Below, piece after piece: positions 18,886 to 28,383 of a stretch of DNA of 64,000 bases. Source of the stretch: Spirochaetota bacterium (GTDB taxonomy: Bacteria > Spirochaetota > UBA4802 > UBA5550); contig OY760686.1 in NCBI GenBank assembly GCA_963663865.1, positions 1,760,001 through 1,824,000 of the forward strand, read 5' to 3'. The number at the start of each line of letters is the position of its first letter. Within the stretch, counting starts at the first letter, position 1. A program made the translations under genes and the position numbers. The notes below the pieces were generated by a model, which was given only the letters and a program-made list of their open reading frames with translations, was not told the DNA's origin and searched no databases.

Positions 18886-19508
18886 GACGGGTCATCGCCT
18901 CAGTTATAATATTGTTCAGCGCGGGATTCCTTTCCGCGGCTACGGTGTGGGTTGAGAAAAACCTGTACTCGTCGGGAAGCAGCCTTAATCCAGGCGATAT
19001 TATCAGAATAAGTATAGATGATATATCATCCATTCAGTTTTCAATGGATATCAAGGGAGGAGAATCCCTCTCTGTCGACTCCAGCCCGGATGTTACGATT
19101 TCGGGCTTTCTGCCCAAAGTAATATCAACCAAAAATATAAAGAATGAAAACAATCTGAGGTACAACAGTAAAAACAGAATGTCGGCTGTAATTGCTGCCA
19201 GAGTAACCGGGCGGGATCAGGCCGGCAAACTCGCGGTTGCCGGGACAAGAACATACAGCTTTGACGGTAAAACGAATACAGTAAATGTCAGGGGAACCGT
19301 TGACCCTTCGCTCGTTGTAGGTGATTTAATAAGTTCGGCGTCGGTATCAGACTTCCGGATGGAAATACGCTCTACGGTCGAAGGCGTCGGAATCAGGAGA
19401 CAGGCCCCGGGGCCGGACGAGCAGGCGGCTGTAACGCTCACGGAAGCAGAGAAGAGAGAGCTTATAGTCCAGTATCTTGAGAAAATGTTAAGTATAATTG
19501 GCAGATAA
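18882..19508 (+). CDS. flgH: Flagellar L-ring protein FlgH-like, no lipobox
   Basis: 'NPGDIIRISI', 'IAARVTG...GKLAVAG', 'VRGTVDPSLV', 'ISSASVSD'. Synteny flgA-flgH-flgI. Confidence 0.75.
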   Translation: MRRVIASVIILFSAGFLSAATVWVEKNLYSSGSSLNPGDIIRISIDDISSIQFSMDIKGGESLSVDSSPDVTISGFLPKVISTKNIKNENNLRYNSKNRMSAVIAARVTGRDQAGKLAVAGTRTYSFDGKTNTVNVRGTVDPSLVVGDLISSASVSDFRMEIRSTVEGVGIRRQAPGPDEQAAVTLTEAEKRELIVQYLEKMLSIIGR

Positions 19509-20514
19509 GATGAGAAAAAAATACTTCCAAATTGCACTTCCGCTGTTAGCCCTTTTTCTGCTGACAACTGCATCAAACAGCCAGGTGCCTGTTAAGATTA
19601 AAGACCTTGCCGTGTTTGACGGGATCAGGTCGAACCATATTTTCGGATACGGGCTGGTTGTTGGACTTCAGGGAACAGGCGATTCGAAATCACATCTTGC
19701 CGGGACGACCCTGTCAAATTTTTTAAAGAACGCAGGCATTGACGCTGAAATGACGGTTACAAAAAACAGCGCGGCTGTTCTGCTGACAGCTGAACTTCCG
19801 CCATTCGCTGTAACAGGCGAAAAAATAAATGTTACCGTATCATCCATTGGGGACGCTAAATCGCTTGAAGGCGGAACGCTCATTCAGTCACAGCTTGGAG
19901 CATCAGACGGAAATATTTACGCAGTCGCTCAGGGAAAGCTTTCGATTCAGGGAGCCGCAAACAACAGAAGGGGAGTTAAGACGACAGCCGTTGTGATGCA
20001 GGGCGGTGTCATTGAGCGCAATGTTGCTGCCCAAATTATCAATGAAAATAGTGTATCGCTTGTTTTGAACGATTGGGATTATACTCTGGCGGAGAGGATA
20101 ATAAAGGGGATTGAGAAAAAATATCCCGATTCAAAGCCTCAGATCACAGCAGACGGCAAGATTCAGCTTTCACTGAGCGCTAACATTCCGCCTCAGGAGT
20201 TTCTCGGCACTGTAGAAAATATTGAGGTCGTTCCATCGTACAAAGCCCGCGTTGTAATCAATGAAAAGGACGGTACGATCGCAGCGGGTGGCTCCGTGAG
20301 GCTTTCTGAGGCCATGGTTTCTGTTAACGGGCTTGTGGTTGATATTGAAGGAAGTTCACGAAAAGGATCTACTGCATATTTTGGGAACACTACCTCTGTA
20401 AGAGACCTTGTTGAGGCCCTTAACTCGGTCGGTGCGGAAACTTCAGATATTATATCGATTATGAAGTCATTAAAGGCCGCCGGTGCTTTACATGCTGAGC
20501 TTATCATCCGATAA
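19498..20514 (+). CDS. flgI: Flagellar P-ring protein
   Basis: 'KIKDL...GYGLVVGLQGTGD', 'AELPPFA', 'VSSIGDAKSLEGGTL', 'LKAAGALHAELI'. ATG 19510 is an alternative start. Confidence 0.95.
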   Translation: MADKMRKKYFQIALPLLALFLLTTASNSQVPVKIKDLAVFDGIRSNHIFGYGLVVGLQGTGDSKSHLAGTTLSNFLKNAGIDAEMTVTKNSAAVLLTAELPPFAVTGEKINVTVSSIGDAKSLEGGTLIQSQLGASDGNIYAVAQGKLSIQGAANNRRGVKTTAVVMQGGVIERNVAAQIINENSVSLVLNDWDYTLAERIIKGIEKKYPDSKPQITADGKIQLSLSANIPPQEFLGTVENIEVVPSYKARVVINEKDGTIAAGGSVRLSEAMVSVNGLVVDIEGSSRKGSTAYFGNTTSVRDLVEALNSVGAETSDIISIMKSLKAAGALHAELIIR

Positions 20515-20532
20515 TAAAGCTGAGGTGATGAG

Positions 20533-20910
20533 ATGATTAACAACGCAATGCTTAACAGTGTAGTATTGGAATCAGGTCGTACTGCCAGGACAGAGGCCTT
20601 GACAGGTAGCCTGAAAAACCGTTCGGAAGGAGCATCTTTTGGTGAGCAGCTTAAGAATGAGCTTGCCAGAAGAGATGAAAGAACCGACATACAGCTCAAA
20701 GATGCCTGTGTACAAATGGAGTCCATATTTGTCGGTAAAATGCTAAAGGAAATGAGAAAGTCTGTACAGAAATCGGAATGGATCAGCGGCGGGTTCGCGG
20801 AAGAGGTGTTTGAAGACATGCTATACGATGAATACGCGCTGTCAATATCCAAAAACTCAAACATGGGAATCGCAAAGATGATGTATGAGGAAATGAGCAG
20901 AAAACTTTGA
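20533..20910 (+). CDS. flgJ: Single-domain FlgJ (rod-binding domain only)
   Basis: 'LKDACVQMESIFVGKMLKEMRKSV', 'EEVFEDMLYDEYA', 'GIAKMMYEEMS'. Only 125 aa, with no GH73 muramidase domain. Confidence 0.88.
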   Translation: MINNAMLNSVVLESGRTARTEALTGSLKNRSEGASFGEQLKNELARRDERTDIQLKDACVQMESIFVGKMLKEMRKSVQKSEWISGGFAEEVFEDMLYDEYALSISKNSNMGIAKMMYEEMSRKL

Positions 20911-20932
20911 CGTATTTGTACGGGTCGCACTG

Positions 20933-22078
20933 GTGATAGTCAGACTTATCCCTCTAATTATCTTAATCTTAAGCCTTCATCCGCAGCATTCATCTGCCTT
21001 AGAATCCAGCCGGCAGGTAAGGGTGTTGCTTGATCTCTATAAAAATTGCAAAAAACTCACTGTTGCAAGCGACAGCCATTTAATGCTAAACAGCCGCGAA
21101 ATTGCCAGTGGCAGAGTGGAGCTATGGCGTGAACACGGAAAGCTGAGAACATCTCAGAATAGAACTGAGTCTGTCCTGACATCCTCATCCGACGGGAAAT
21201 TATACATTGATGCCTATGGCAGAAAAAGGATTTTTCATGGAACGCTAAGTATAAGAATAGTAAAAAACCGCCTCAGGGTAATAAATATCACCGACCAGTA
21301 TAATTATCTGCGAGGTGTCGTGGCTGAGGAGCTTGGAGAAAGATTCAGCCTTGAGGCGCTTAAAGCTCAGGCTGTTTGCGCGAGAACGTGGCTGTTTGTC
21401 ATGATGAGCGGCAAAAGGGACAGAGATTATGATGTAACAGATATTTCTGGCGAGTTTCAGACTTTCAGAGGTACGTCAAAGTCAGGAGCAAAGTGTGATG
21501 AGGCTGTAAAGTCAACAGAGGGGCTTGTACTCTTCAATAAGGATGGACTGTTGAGACCCTATTACCACTCAACATGCGGTGGTTTCCTTGAACCCGCTGA
21601 TAAAGTCTGGAATAATAGCATATCCATAAACTCAGAAAAGAAAAGGAAAAGAGACAGGATCGGAAAGACTGATAACTGCTCAGCTTCACCATATTACCGC
21701 TGGGAAGTTAAAATTGCCAAGAGGGAATTGTACAAAGCGGTAGGCGGTGATCAGAACCTGGAAGTCAAAGACATCGAATTTATATCAGATAAGTATGGAC
21801 TGTTAAGAAAGGTTATCCTGATATCTGTATCAGTGAAAAGTGAGCTTAATGGTCATCAGTTCAAAAGAAAGCTGGAAAAGGCTGGAATCAGCGGTGTAAG
21901 AAGCATTAGGCTAACAGTCAGAGAAAATGGCGATTGTTACCTCTTTTCAGGAAGCGGTTTCGGTCACCTGACCGGAATGTGTCAGTGGGGAGCGGAAGGC
22001 CTCTCGAAAAATGGGAAAACATTCAGAGAAATACTTCAATTCTACTTTGAAAACGCTGAAATAAAGCCTTTTAACTGA
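20933..22078 (+). CDS. SpoIID/LytB-domain lytic transglycosylase
   Basis: Signal peptide. 'YLRGVVAEE...LEALKAQAVCARTW', 'YYHSTCGG', 'SPYYRW', 'GFGHLTGMCQWGA', 'REILQFYF'. Confidence 0.9.
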   Translation: MIVRLIPLIILILSLHPQHSSALESSRQVRVLLDLYKNCKKLTVASDSHLMLNSREIASGRVELWREHGKLRTSQNRTESVLTSSSDGKLYIDAYGRKRIFHGTLSIRIVKNRLRVINITDQYNYLRGVVAEELGERFSLEALKAQAVCARTWLFVMMSGKRDRDYDVTDISGEFQTFRGTSKSGAKCDEAVKSTEGLVLFNKDGLLRPYYHSTCGGFLEPADKVWNNSISINSEKKRKRDRIGKTDNCSASPYYRWEVKIAKRELYKAVGGDQNLEVKDIEFISDKYGLLRKVILISVSVKSELNGHQFKRKLEKAGISGVRSIRLTVRENGDCYLFSGSGFGHLTGMCQWGAEGLSKNGKTFREILQFYFENAEIKPFN

Positions 22079-22149
22079 TAACTTTTCAAGATGATTATGA
22101 AAATTTCTTGAAAAAATACCCGACAATTGAAGATAGTAACCTCTCACAG

Positions 22150-22222
22150 GCCAGCATACCTCAGTTGGTAGAGGAGTCGATTCGTAATCGACCTGCCGCC
22201 AGTTCGATTCTGGCTGCTGGCT
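22150..22222 (+). tRNA. tRNA-Thr(CGT)
   Basis: Acceptor GCCAGCA/TGCTGGC. D arm CCTC-AGTTGGTA-GAGG. Anticodon arm GTCGA-TTCGTAA-TCGAC. T arm GCCAG-TTCGATT-CTGGC. CCA not encoded. Confidence 0.93.
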
Positions 22223-22356
22223 CATGCATCCCGTTTTACCTGACCACTTTATATTCATACTAAGAAAAAAAACTTTGTTTATTCTCCACTTTATGGCATA
22301 ATTATCAAAGTATGATTAAGATTAAAGGTAATCTCATATGATAACGGGGGAATGCA

Positions 22357-24081
22357 ATGAGGTTTTCAAACATTCGCATAGGTAAGAGGCTGGCCTTTGT
22401 TTTTGCCGCAATTCTGCTTTTCAACGTGTCTATAGTAACATTTTACTTCATCAAGCTCAATCAGACTGTGTCGATGATAGAGGGTATTTACAGCGAAGGG
22501 GTTCAGAGTGTTGACTATCTGCTTGAGGCTGACAGGGACGCCTATCAGAGCAATCTGGCTATTAGCAGGGCAAATGAAACAAGAATCAATAGCGACAGGA
22601 AAGCACTGGATTCTGAGCTATCCGATATCAGGGAGAATATCAAACAGGTTCAGGAAAGGTTTAAAAAGTATGCCGAGTACTCAAAGCTGACCAATGAGGT
22701 CATTGAGAAACACCGCCAGGATTTCTTAAATGAGTACGGCGTTTTAAATAAGCTTACTGAAAAAATTGTTGTGAACCTGGAAAAGGGAAACTTTGAAGCG
22801 GCAAAGGATTCGTACTACGGCGAGTACCAGAAGTCGTTTTCGACAGCCAGAGCAGGGCTTGACACGCTTACAGGGCTGCTTCTTGCAAAGGCGGAAGAAT
22901 ACAAATCAGAAAGCTTATCTGAACTCCGCCAGGTGCTTATCCTGACAGGAGCCGCGAGCATTGCACTTATAGTGTTTATCATTTTTATTTCAATTGCTCT
23001 TACAAGAAGCCTTACGGTTCCTGTAAATACTACAATGACCATAGCTCAAAGAATGTCTGAGGGTGACCTGACGGTTGAGATTCACTCTGATTCAAAGGAT
23101 GAGCTTGGAAGGCTCATGGATTCGTTTGGTGTCCTTGTAGAAAATATTAAGCAGGTCATAGTTGATGTGCTTGATAAGTCAAATCAGATGGCAACAGCGT
23201 CAAGCGAACTCTCCTCAACCTCAATGAACTTCTCCAACAACGCACAGGACCAGGCTGCCGCCGCTGAGGAAGTGAGCGCTACTGTAGAAGAGATTACCTC
23301 CGGAACTACTATAATCGCTGATAGAATACGAACGCTAAACTCGAACATTCTGACGATGAGCGAGAAGATGAATGATCTGTCGCTGTTTATCAAGCAGATT
23401 GACAGTTCGGCCAACGACACAATGGAACTGACGGATAATCTTGCCGGAAAAGCCAACAGCGGGGACAAAGCCCTTCAGTCAATGAAGGAAAGCATGAATA
23501 AGATCAACAACAGCTCAGGAAAGGTGCTTGAAATAATCGAATTGATCAATGATATATCCGATCAAATAAACCTGCTTTCACTTAATGCGGCCATTGAGGC
23601 GGCAAGGGCGGGCGATGCTGGAAGGGGTTTCGCAGTTGTTGCCGACGAAATATCGAAGCTCGCTGACCAGACAGCTAAAAGCATTGGCGATATTGACAGA
23701 CTGATAAAGATGAACAATGATGAGATCACCGTCGGTATGAATATTATGGTCGGGGTTGTTGACACAATCAGCGATATTATTGACGGTGTTACGGTTATTA
23801 AGGACAAGATGTCAAATCTTGTAGAAATGATGGAGACTCAGAAGGGTTCGAGCGGAGAAGTAGAGGTCGTTCTGAAGGAAATTAAGGATTTTTCCGATGC
23901 TATTACCATCACTATGGACGAGCAGAAGGGAGCTATTACAGAGATATCCAAGTCAGTGTATAATATAAACGAACTGACTCAAAATTTTGCAACCGGAGCG
24001 GAGGAAATGGCCGGAAACGCTGAGGAGCTTTCGACCATGGCCGAAGGCCTGAAAGTTAGGGTTGACTTTTTCAAGGTTTGA
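22357..24081 (+). CDS. Methyl-accepting chemotaxis protein (periplasmic helical sensor, HAMP, MA domain)
   Basis: Two TM helices, HAMP '[15 protein letters not shown]', hairpin tip '[34 protein letters not shown]'. Confidence 0.95.
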   Translation: MRFSNIRIGKRLAFVFAAILLFNVSIVTFYFIKLNQTVSMIEGIYSEGVQSVDYLLEADRDAYQSNLAISRANETRINSDRKALDSELSDIRENIKQVQERFKKYAEYSKLTNEVIEKHRQDFLNEYGVLNKLTEKIVVNLEKGNFEAAKDSYYGEYQKSFSTARAGLDTLTGLLLAKAEEYKSESLSELRQVLILTGAASIALIVFIIFISIALTRSLTVPVNTTMTIAQRMSEGDLTVEIHSDSKDELGRLMDSFGVLVENIKQVIVDVLDKSNQMATASSELSSTSMNFSNNAQDQAAAAEEVSATVEEITSGTTIIADRIRTLNSNILTMSEKMNDLSLFIKQIDSSANDTMELTDNLAGKANSGDKALQSMKESMNKINNSSGKVLEIIELINDISDQINLLSLNAAIEAARAGDAGRGFAVVADEISKLADQTAKSIGDIDRLIKMNNDEITVGMNIMVGVVDTISDIIDGVTVIKDKMSNLVEMMETQKGSSGEVEVVLKEIKDFSDAITITMDEQKGAITEISKSVYNINELTQNFATGAEEMAGNAEELSTMAEGLKVRVDFFKV

Positions 24082-24209
24082 AATCAAATGCCGAAAGGGT
24101 TGAATGTAACAATCCGGCATAATTTAATTCTTATATTATACAGTACATCTCATGGCCCTGCGAATCAGGCGGGGCCTGATTGTGTTAGAGCAGCTAAATG
24201 GAGGCAGAC

Positions 24210-25262
24210 ATGAACAGCGATATAAAAATTGCTTTTTTTGATTCGAAACCCTACGATCAGGAAAGCTTTAAGGATATGAATTCAAAGTTCGGGTTTGAGG
24301 TAAAGTTTTTCAAACCCCACCTTACAATAGACACTGTGTCCCTGACAAAGGGGTATGAGGTTGTATGTGTATTCGTAAATGACATTCTCACTGACGCGAT
24401 TATCGACGAACTTGTAAAAAATGGCGTAAAGCTTATAGCGCTGCGAAGCGCTGGATATAACAATGTTGACCTGCAGGCCGTTTACCAGAAAATTCACGTT
24501 GTAAGAGTGCCGGCATATTCCCCCTATGCTGTTGCAGAGCACGCGGTGGCCTTAATGCTGACTCTTAACAGAAAAACGCACAGGGCGTATTACAGAACAC
24601 GCGACAGTAATTTCAGCATACACGGACTCATAGGATTCGATATGCACGGCAAGACGGCCGGTATAATCGGAACCGGCATAATCGGAAGGGTTCTCGCCGG
24701 AATTCTAAAGGGATTCGGCATGAGGATATTGGCCTATGACAAGTTCCCGAACCTCGAATATGCCAAAGAAAACGGAATAGAATACGTAGAGCTTGATGAG
24801 CTTTATGCTCAATCAGATATCATCTCGCTGCACTGTCCGCTTACAAGTGAAACATATCATCTGATAAACTCCCAGAGCATAGCAAAGATGAAGAAGGGAG
24901 TGATGATAATCAATACAGGCAGGGGGCACCTGATAAACACAAAAGACCTTATTGAAGGTCTGAAGGATGCCAGAATCGGATGCGCCGGGCTTGATGTTTA
25001 CGAGGAAGAGAGCGAGTACTTTTTCGAGGACTACAGCACCTCGTATGTAGAGGACGATGTGCTTGCAAGGCTGCTTACACTGAACAATGTTGTGGTAACG
25101 TCCCACCAGGCCTTCTTTACCAAGGAAGCGCTGGCGAACATTGCCGAGACCACACTAAAGAATATTGAGCAGTTCTACAGAGAGGACAGCCTTGATAATG
25201 AGATATGCTACAAGTGCAACAATTCCGTCTGTCAGAAAAAGGAGAGCGGAAGGTGCTTTTAA
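24210..25262 (+). CDS. ldhA: D-lactate dehydrogenase (D-2-hydroxyacid dehydrogenase)
   Basis: 'LRSAGYNNVD', 'VPAYSPYAVAEH', 'GIIGTGIIG', 'SLHCPLT', 'INTGRG', 'GLDVYEEE', 'TSHQAFFT'. GGAGG at 24200-24204 favours ATG 24210. Confidence 0.9.
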   Translation: MNSDIKIAFFDSKPYDQESFKDMNSKFGFEVKFFKPHLTIDTVSLTKGYEVVCVFVNDILTDAIIDELVKNGVKLIALRSAGYNNVDLQAVYQKIHVVRVPAYSPYAVAEHAVALMLTLNRKTHRAYYRTRDSNFSIHGLIGFDMHGKTAGIIGTGIIGRVLAGILKGFGMRILAYDKFPNLEYAKENGIEYVELDELYAQSDIISLHCPLTSETYHLINSQSIAKMKKGVMIINTGRGHLINTKDLIEGLKDARIGCAGLDVYEEESEYFFEDYSTSYVEDDVLARLLTLNNVVVTSHQAFFTKEALANIAETTLKNIEQFYREDSLDNEICYKCNNSVCQKKESGRCF

Positions 25263-25559
25263 CAATAATTGCTTTTTGAAACAGATGTTTTCTGTAATTA
25301 TACTGATGTTATAGCCATGAACAAAAAAGACCTCGTTGAGAGTATCAGGTCTTTTCCGTTTAAATGTTTCTTGCTCATCGACTTAATAAGTCTGCCGGAC
25401 AAAGTTTTATTCAATTGTCTTGTTTAAGGGGTCATATAGAAAAAACTTCCAGATGAATATTATGTCGTTTCTCTTCTCCATTATTATATCATACATATTT
25501 AAGAACATTATCCACTTTATAAAATATAAACATTTACACTTTATTTAATAATCTATATC

Positions 25560-27122
25560 TCATTCTATGATTTTATAATTTTTTTTCCGAAATATTCGGA
25601 TACAAGCATCAACAACTGTATGATCATACAAAATGCCGCGCTGCGAAATGATTTCCTTCAGTGCGGATTGAATTCCCAATGCAGGTCTATACGGTCGATG
25701 CGATGCCATTGCTTCAACAACATCTGCGACAGCAAGAATTTTAGATTCTAAAATCAGTTCATCGCCTTTAAGGCCCAGCGGGTAGCCGGAACCGTCCATG
25801 CGCTCATGGTGTTGAGCAATTATTTTAGCAATAGGCCATGGGAAATATACATTCTTTAATATATTAAGACCAATGTTTACATGCTCTTTAATCAAGCCAT
25901 ATTCAATTTCGCTTAGACGTGTTGACTTAACAAGTATCTCTGCTGGAATGCCTATTTTCCCTACATCATGAATGGTTGCAGCAAGCAGAAGACCCTGAAT
26001 TCGGTCTTCGGACAGTTCAATTTCTTCTCCAATTCTTTTACATATGTCAGCAACACGACGTTGATGACCCGCTGTATATGAATCTCTTTGGCCAATGGTC
26101 TCGGCGATTACTTGAATTGTCTGTTCAAGGCTTAAAATCAATTGCTCCTGATGCTTAGCCTTTGATATTGCTGTTCTAAGCGCTTTGATGCCATAAGATA
26201 AATCAGCCGCGAATTCCTGTAGAAGTTTTAGCTCGGGGGATGACCAAACATTATATATAGAACCATACAGTATTAAACAGTATCTTTGATCTTCAGGAAG
26301 GTAAAAAGGAATAACTATTAATGAGTTTACTCCATTCTCTAATGCTTCTTCACGCCATGTTTCCATTGTAGGATCAGTTGCAATATTCTCACAAACTTGA
26401 ACATCCATTGTCTTGATTGAACGGCTGATTGGGCAATCACCTACTTCGCTATCATCCCAACTTATACTTTTAAAACCCCAAAAATATTCTTTATCGCCAT
26501 AATAAGCTATAGGTTTCACAATTTTATCATTATTATTCTCCGCGAAACCGATCCATGCCATTACATATCCACCTGTTTCAACAGAGATGCGGCAGTATTC
26601 ATTAAGCAAATTTTGCTCGGTCTCTGCTTCAAGTATAGCAACATTACCTTCGCTAAGAATCTTCAATGCTCTTGTTGTTACTTTCAAAGCTATTTCTGCG
26701 ATATTACGCTTGGTATTATCTCGAATATTGCATTGAATTATATCAATACCATCACAGTCATAAACATTGCTAATAAACTCAACTGACACATGTCGTCCGT
26801 CTTTTGTCTCTAATGGAAGATCATCATATCGGATATAATTATTTTTCTGTAGTTCCGCAAAAGCATCAATTGTTAAAGAGGTATTTTTAAAAGGGCCAAT
26901 TTCCCACAGTTTTTTACCTAATAATTCATCTCGAGTATAGTTTAGCATTTTAATAAGATAGGGATTTATATCATCGATTACTGCAGTTTTACCGTTTAAA
27001 ATAAGGATGCCATCACACGCAGTTTCAAATAATCGACGATAACGTATTTCGGAGAAACGCAATTTGTTTTTAAGATCAATGCTGTCTGATGGCGATTGCA
27101 AATTTTTAATTTTATTTTTCAT
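25560..27122 (-). CDS. PAS-GAF-HD-GYP cyclic-dinucleotide phosphodiesterase
   Basis: PAS 'YRRLFETACDGILIL', GAF 'GGYVMAWIG', 'RDSYTAGHQRRV', 'HDVGKI', 'HHERMDGSGYPLGL', 'HRPYRP'. Confidence 0.93.
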   Translation of the reverse strand: MKNKIKNLQSPSDSIDLKNKLRFSEIRYRRLFETACDGILILNGKTAVIDDINPYLIKMLNYTRDELLGKKLWEIGPFKNTSLTIDAFAELQKNNYIRYDDLPLETKDGRHVSVEFISNVYDCDGIDIIQCNIRDNTKRNIAEIALKVTTRALKILSEGNVAILEAETEQNLLNEYCRISVETGGYVMAWIGFAENNNDKIVKPIAYYGDKEYFWGFKSISWDDSEVGDCPISRSIKTMDVQVCENIATDPTMETWREEALENGVNSLIVIPFYLPEDQRYCLILYGSIYNVWSSPELKLLQEFAADLSYGIKALRTAISKAKHQEQLILSLEQTIQVIAETIGQRDSYTAGHQRRVADICKRIGEEIELSEDRIQGLLLAATIHDVGKIGIPAEILVKSTRLSEIEYGLIKEHVNIGLNILKNVYFPWPIAKIIAQHHERMDGSGYPLGLKGDELILESKILAVADVVEAMASHRPYRPALGIQSALKEIISQRGILYDHTVVDACIRIFRKKNYKIIE

Positions 27123-27682
27123 ATAATCCCCTTATTGTTTAATGAATGTATGATTGTATAAATATATCTGTGAATGGTTGAATAATGAAGAATAGAGTGT
27201 AAATGCTATAGATCATTGTTCCTTGGGTATTTACGATGGTTTTTACAAAAATAATGGATAAGGACTTAAAATGGGATTATAACTGCTGTCTAAACAAATG
27301 GAATCTTCTAAAGATTAAATCAAGCTAGAATAATCTAATCGATATGCTGTGCGATAGACCCTTCCTGCCGAGCCTGCTTCAGTTTTCATTCGCTCTTATT
27401 ACGTACAGCTGGCCTGCTGATATATATAATCGAATATTATTTATAACTACTACCAGTATAATAGCTATTGTGGATATACTGTTCAACATAATTTCTATGA
27501 TTTTTAACACTTTTGCAATGACAATACCGGCTGTAGGATAGTAGTGCTGCGTTTCTGTCAAACACTGCAAACCGCATAGTTTTGCTCTTTATATCAGGTA
27601 GTTCGCTGGGTGCCGGAAAATATTGGGAAAGATTTTGTATGCTGTTAAGGAAAAATATTGTGGGAGTGAGCGGGAAAAGGGA

Positions 27683-27730
27683 AGTAATCTACCATCCGAC
27701 AGCCGGAAAAGCTGGGGATGATAGATTACT
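27683..27730 (-). terminator. Long hairpin just downstream of tRNA-His
   Basis: Stacked stems AGTAATCTA/TAGATTACT, CATCC/GGATG and CAGC/GCTG, followed on the minus strand by the pyrimidine run TCCCTTTTCCC. Confidence 0.55.
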
Positions 27731-27736
27731 GTTATG

Positions 27737-27809
27737 GGTGGATGACGGGATTCGAACCCGCGACAACTGGAACCACAATCCAGGGCTCTACCGCTGAACT
27801 ACATCCACC
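27737..27809 (-). tRNA. tRNA-His(GTG)
   Basis: Minus strand: G-1, acceptor GTGGATG/CATCCAC, discriminator C73. Anticodon arm CTGGA-TTGTGGT-TCCAG. T arm GCGGG-TTCGAAT-CCCGT. Confidence 0.96.
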
Positions 27810-28383
27810 ATCTATGTAAACAGGAAAAGTGGCCTAAAAGCCCTCCTGTAAGACAATAAGTCCATTTATTCTGCTGGATGACATTTGTCAATTATTTTTG
27901 AAGAGAGTTTGCCTTCAATTGGAGCCTGCCTCTTGGAGTGTATTTTCTCTGGCCTGAGTGCAGCAATGGCAGTCAGCGTATTCCCGGGGGAGAGGCGGCT
28001 TTGAGGTTGTTGAGCTTTCGGAAGAGGGGTGTTTATATTGAGACCTCCATGTTCTCTGAATAAAGCTTTAACTGAACTTCAAAAAACGAATTCAGAATAA
28101 TTTATGACTGCCCATAAAAATAATAATTTATGAATTGTATGATATTATTCAAATTATGAAAAAAAATTTGTTTAAAATGCATTCTCAAATCCCGTCCCAT
28201 TGCATAACCCCTTTTAACTGGTGTTTACTCTTTTGCGATTAAAATATTTATTTTGCAACCATAGAATGGAATTTATGTCTTTATAGTTAAATCAAACATT
28301 TTCAAAAATCTTTTTCCAAATTCTCTCTTTTCTTCTGTCATTCGTTTTTTAATCACTTATTAAGTTTCATAGAGAGGCACTGT

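Noticed and set aside
25270-27736. att direct repeat of the tRNA-His or tRNA-Thr 3' end
   Set aside because: No second copy of either tRNA end was found and there is no integrase.
27344-27797. Short ORFs beside and over tRNA-His
   Set aside because: No RBS or motifs. One overlaps the tRNA on the opposite strand.
27900-28060. GC-richer intergenic patch as SRP, 6S or riboswitch RNA
   Set aside because: No SRP core motif or convincing extended pairing on either strand. An Rfam cmscan would settle it.
28135-28152. Rex-like box before the B12 radical SAM gene
   Set aside because: Only 8 of 14 arm positions match, in very AT-rich DNA.
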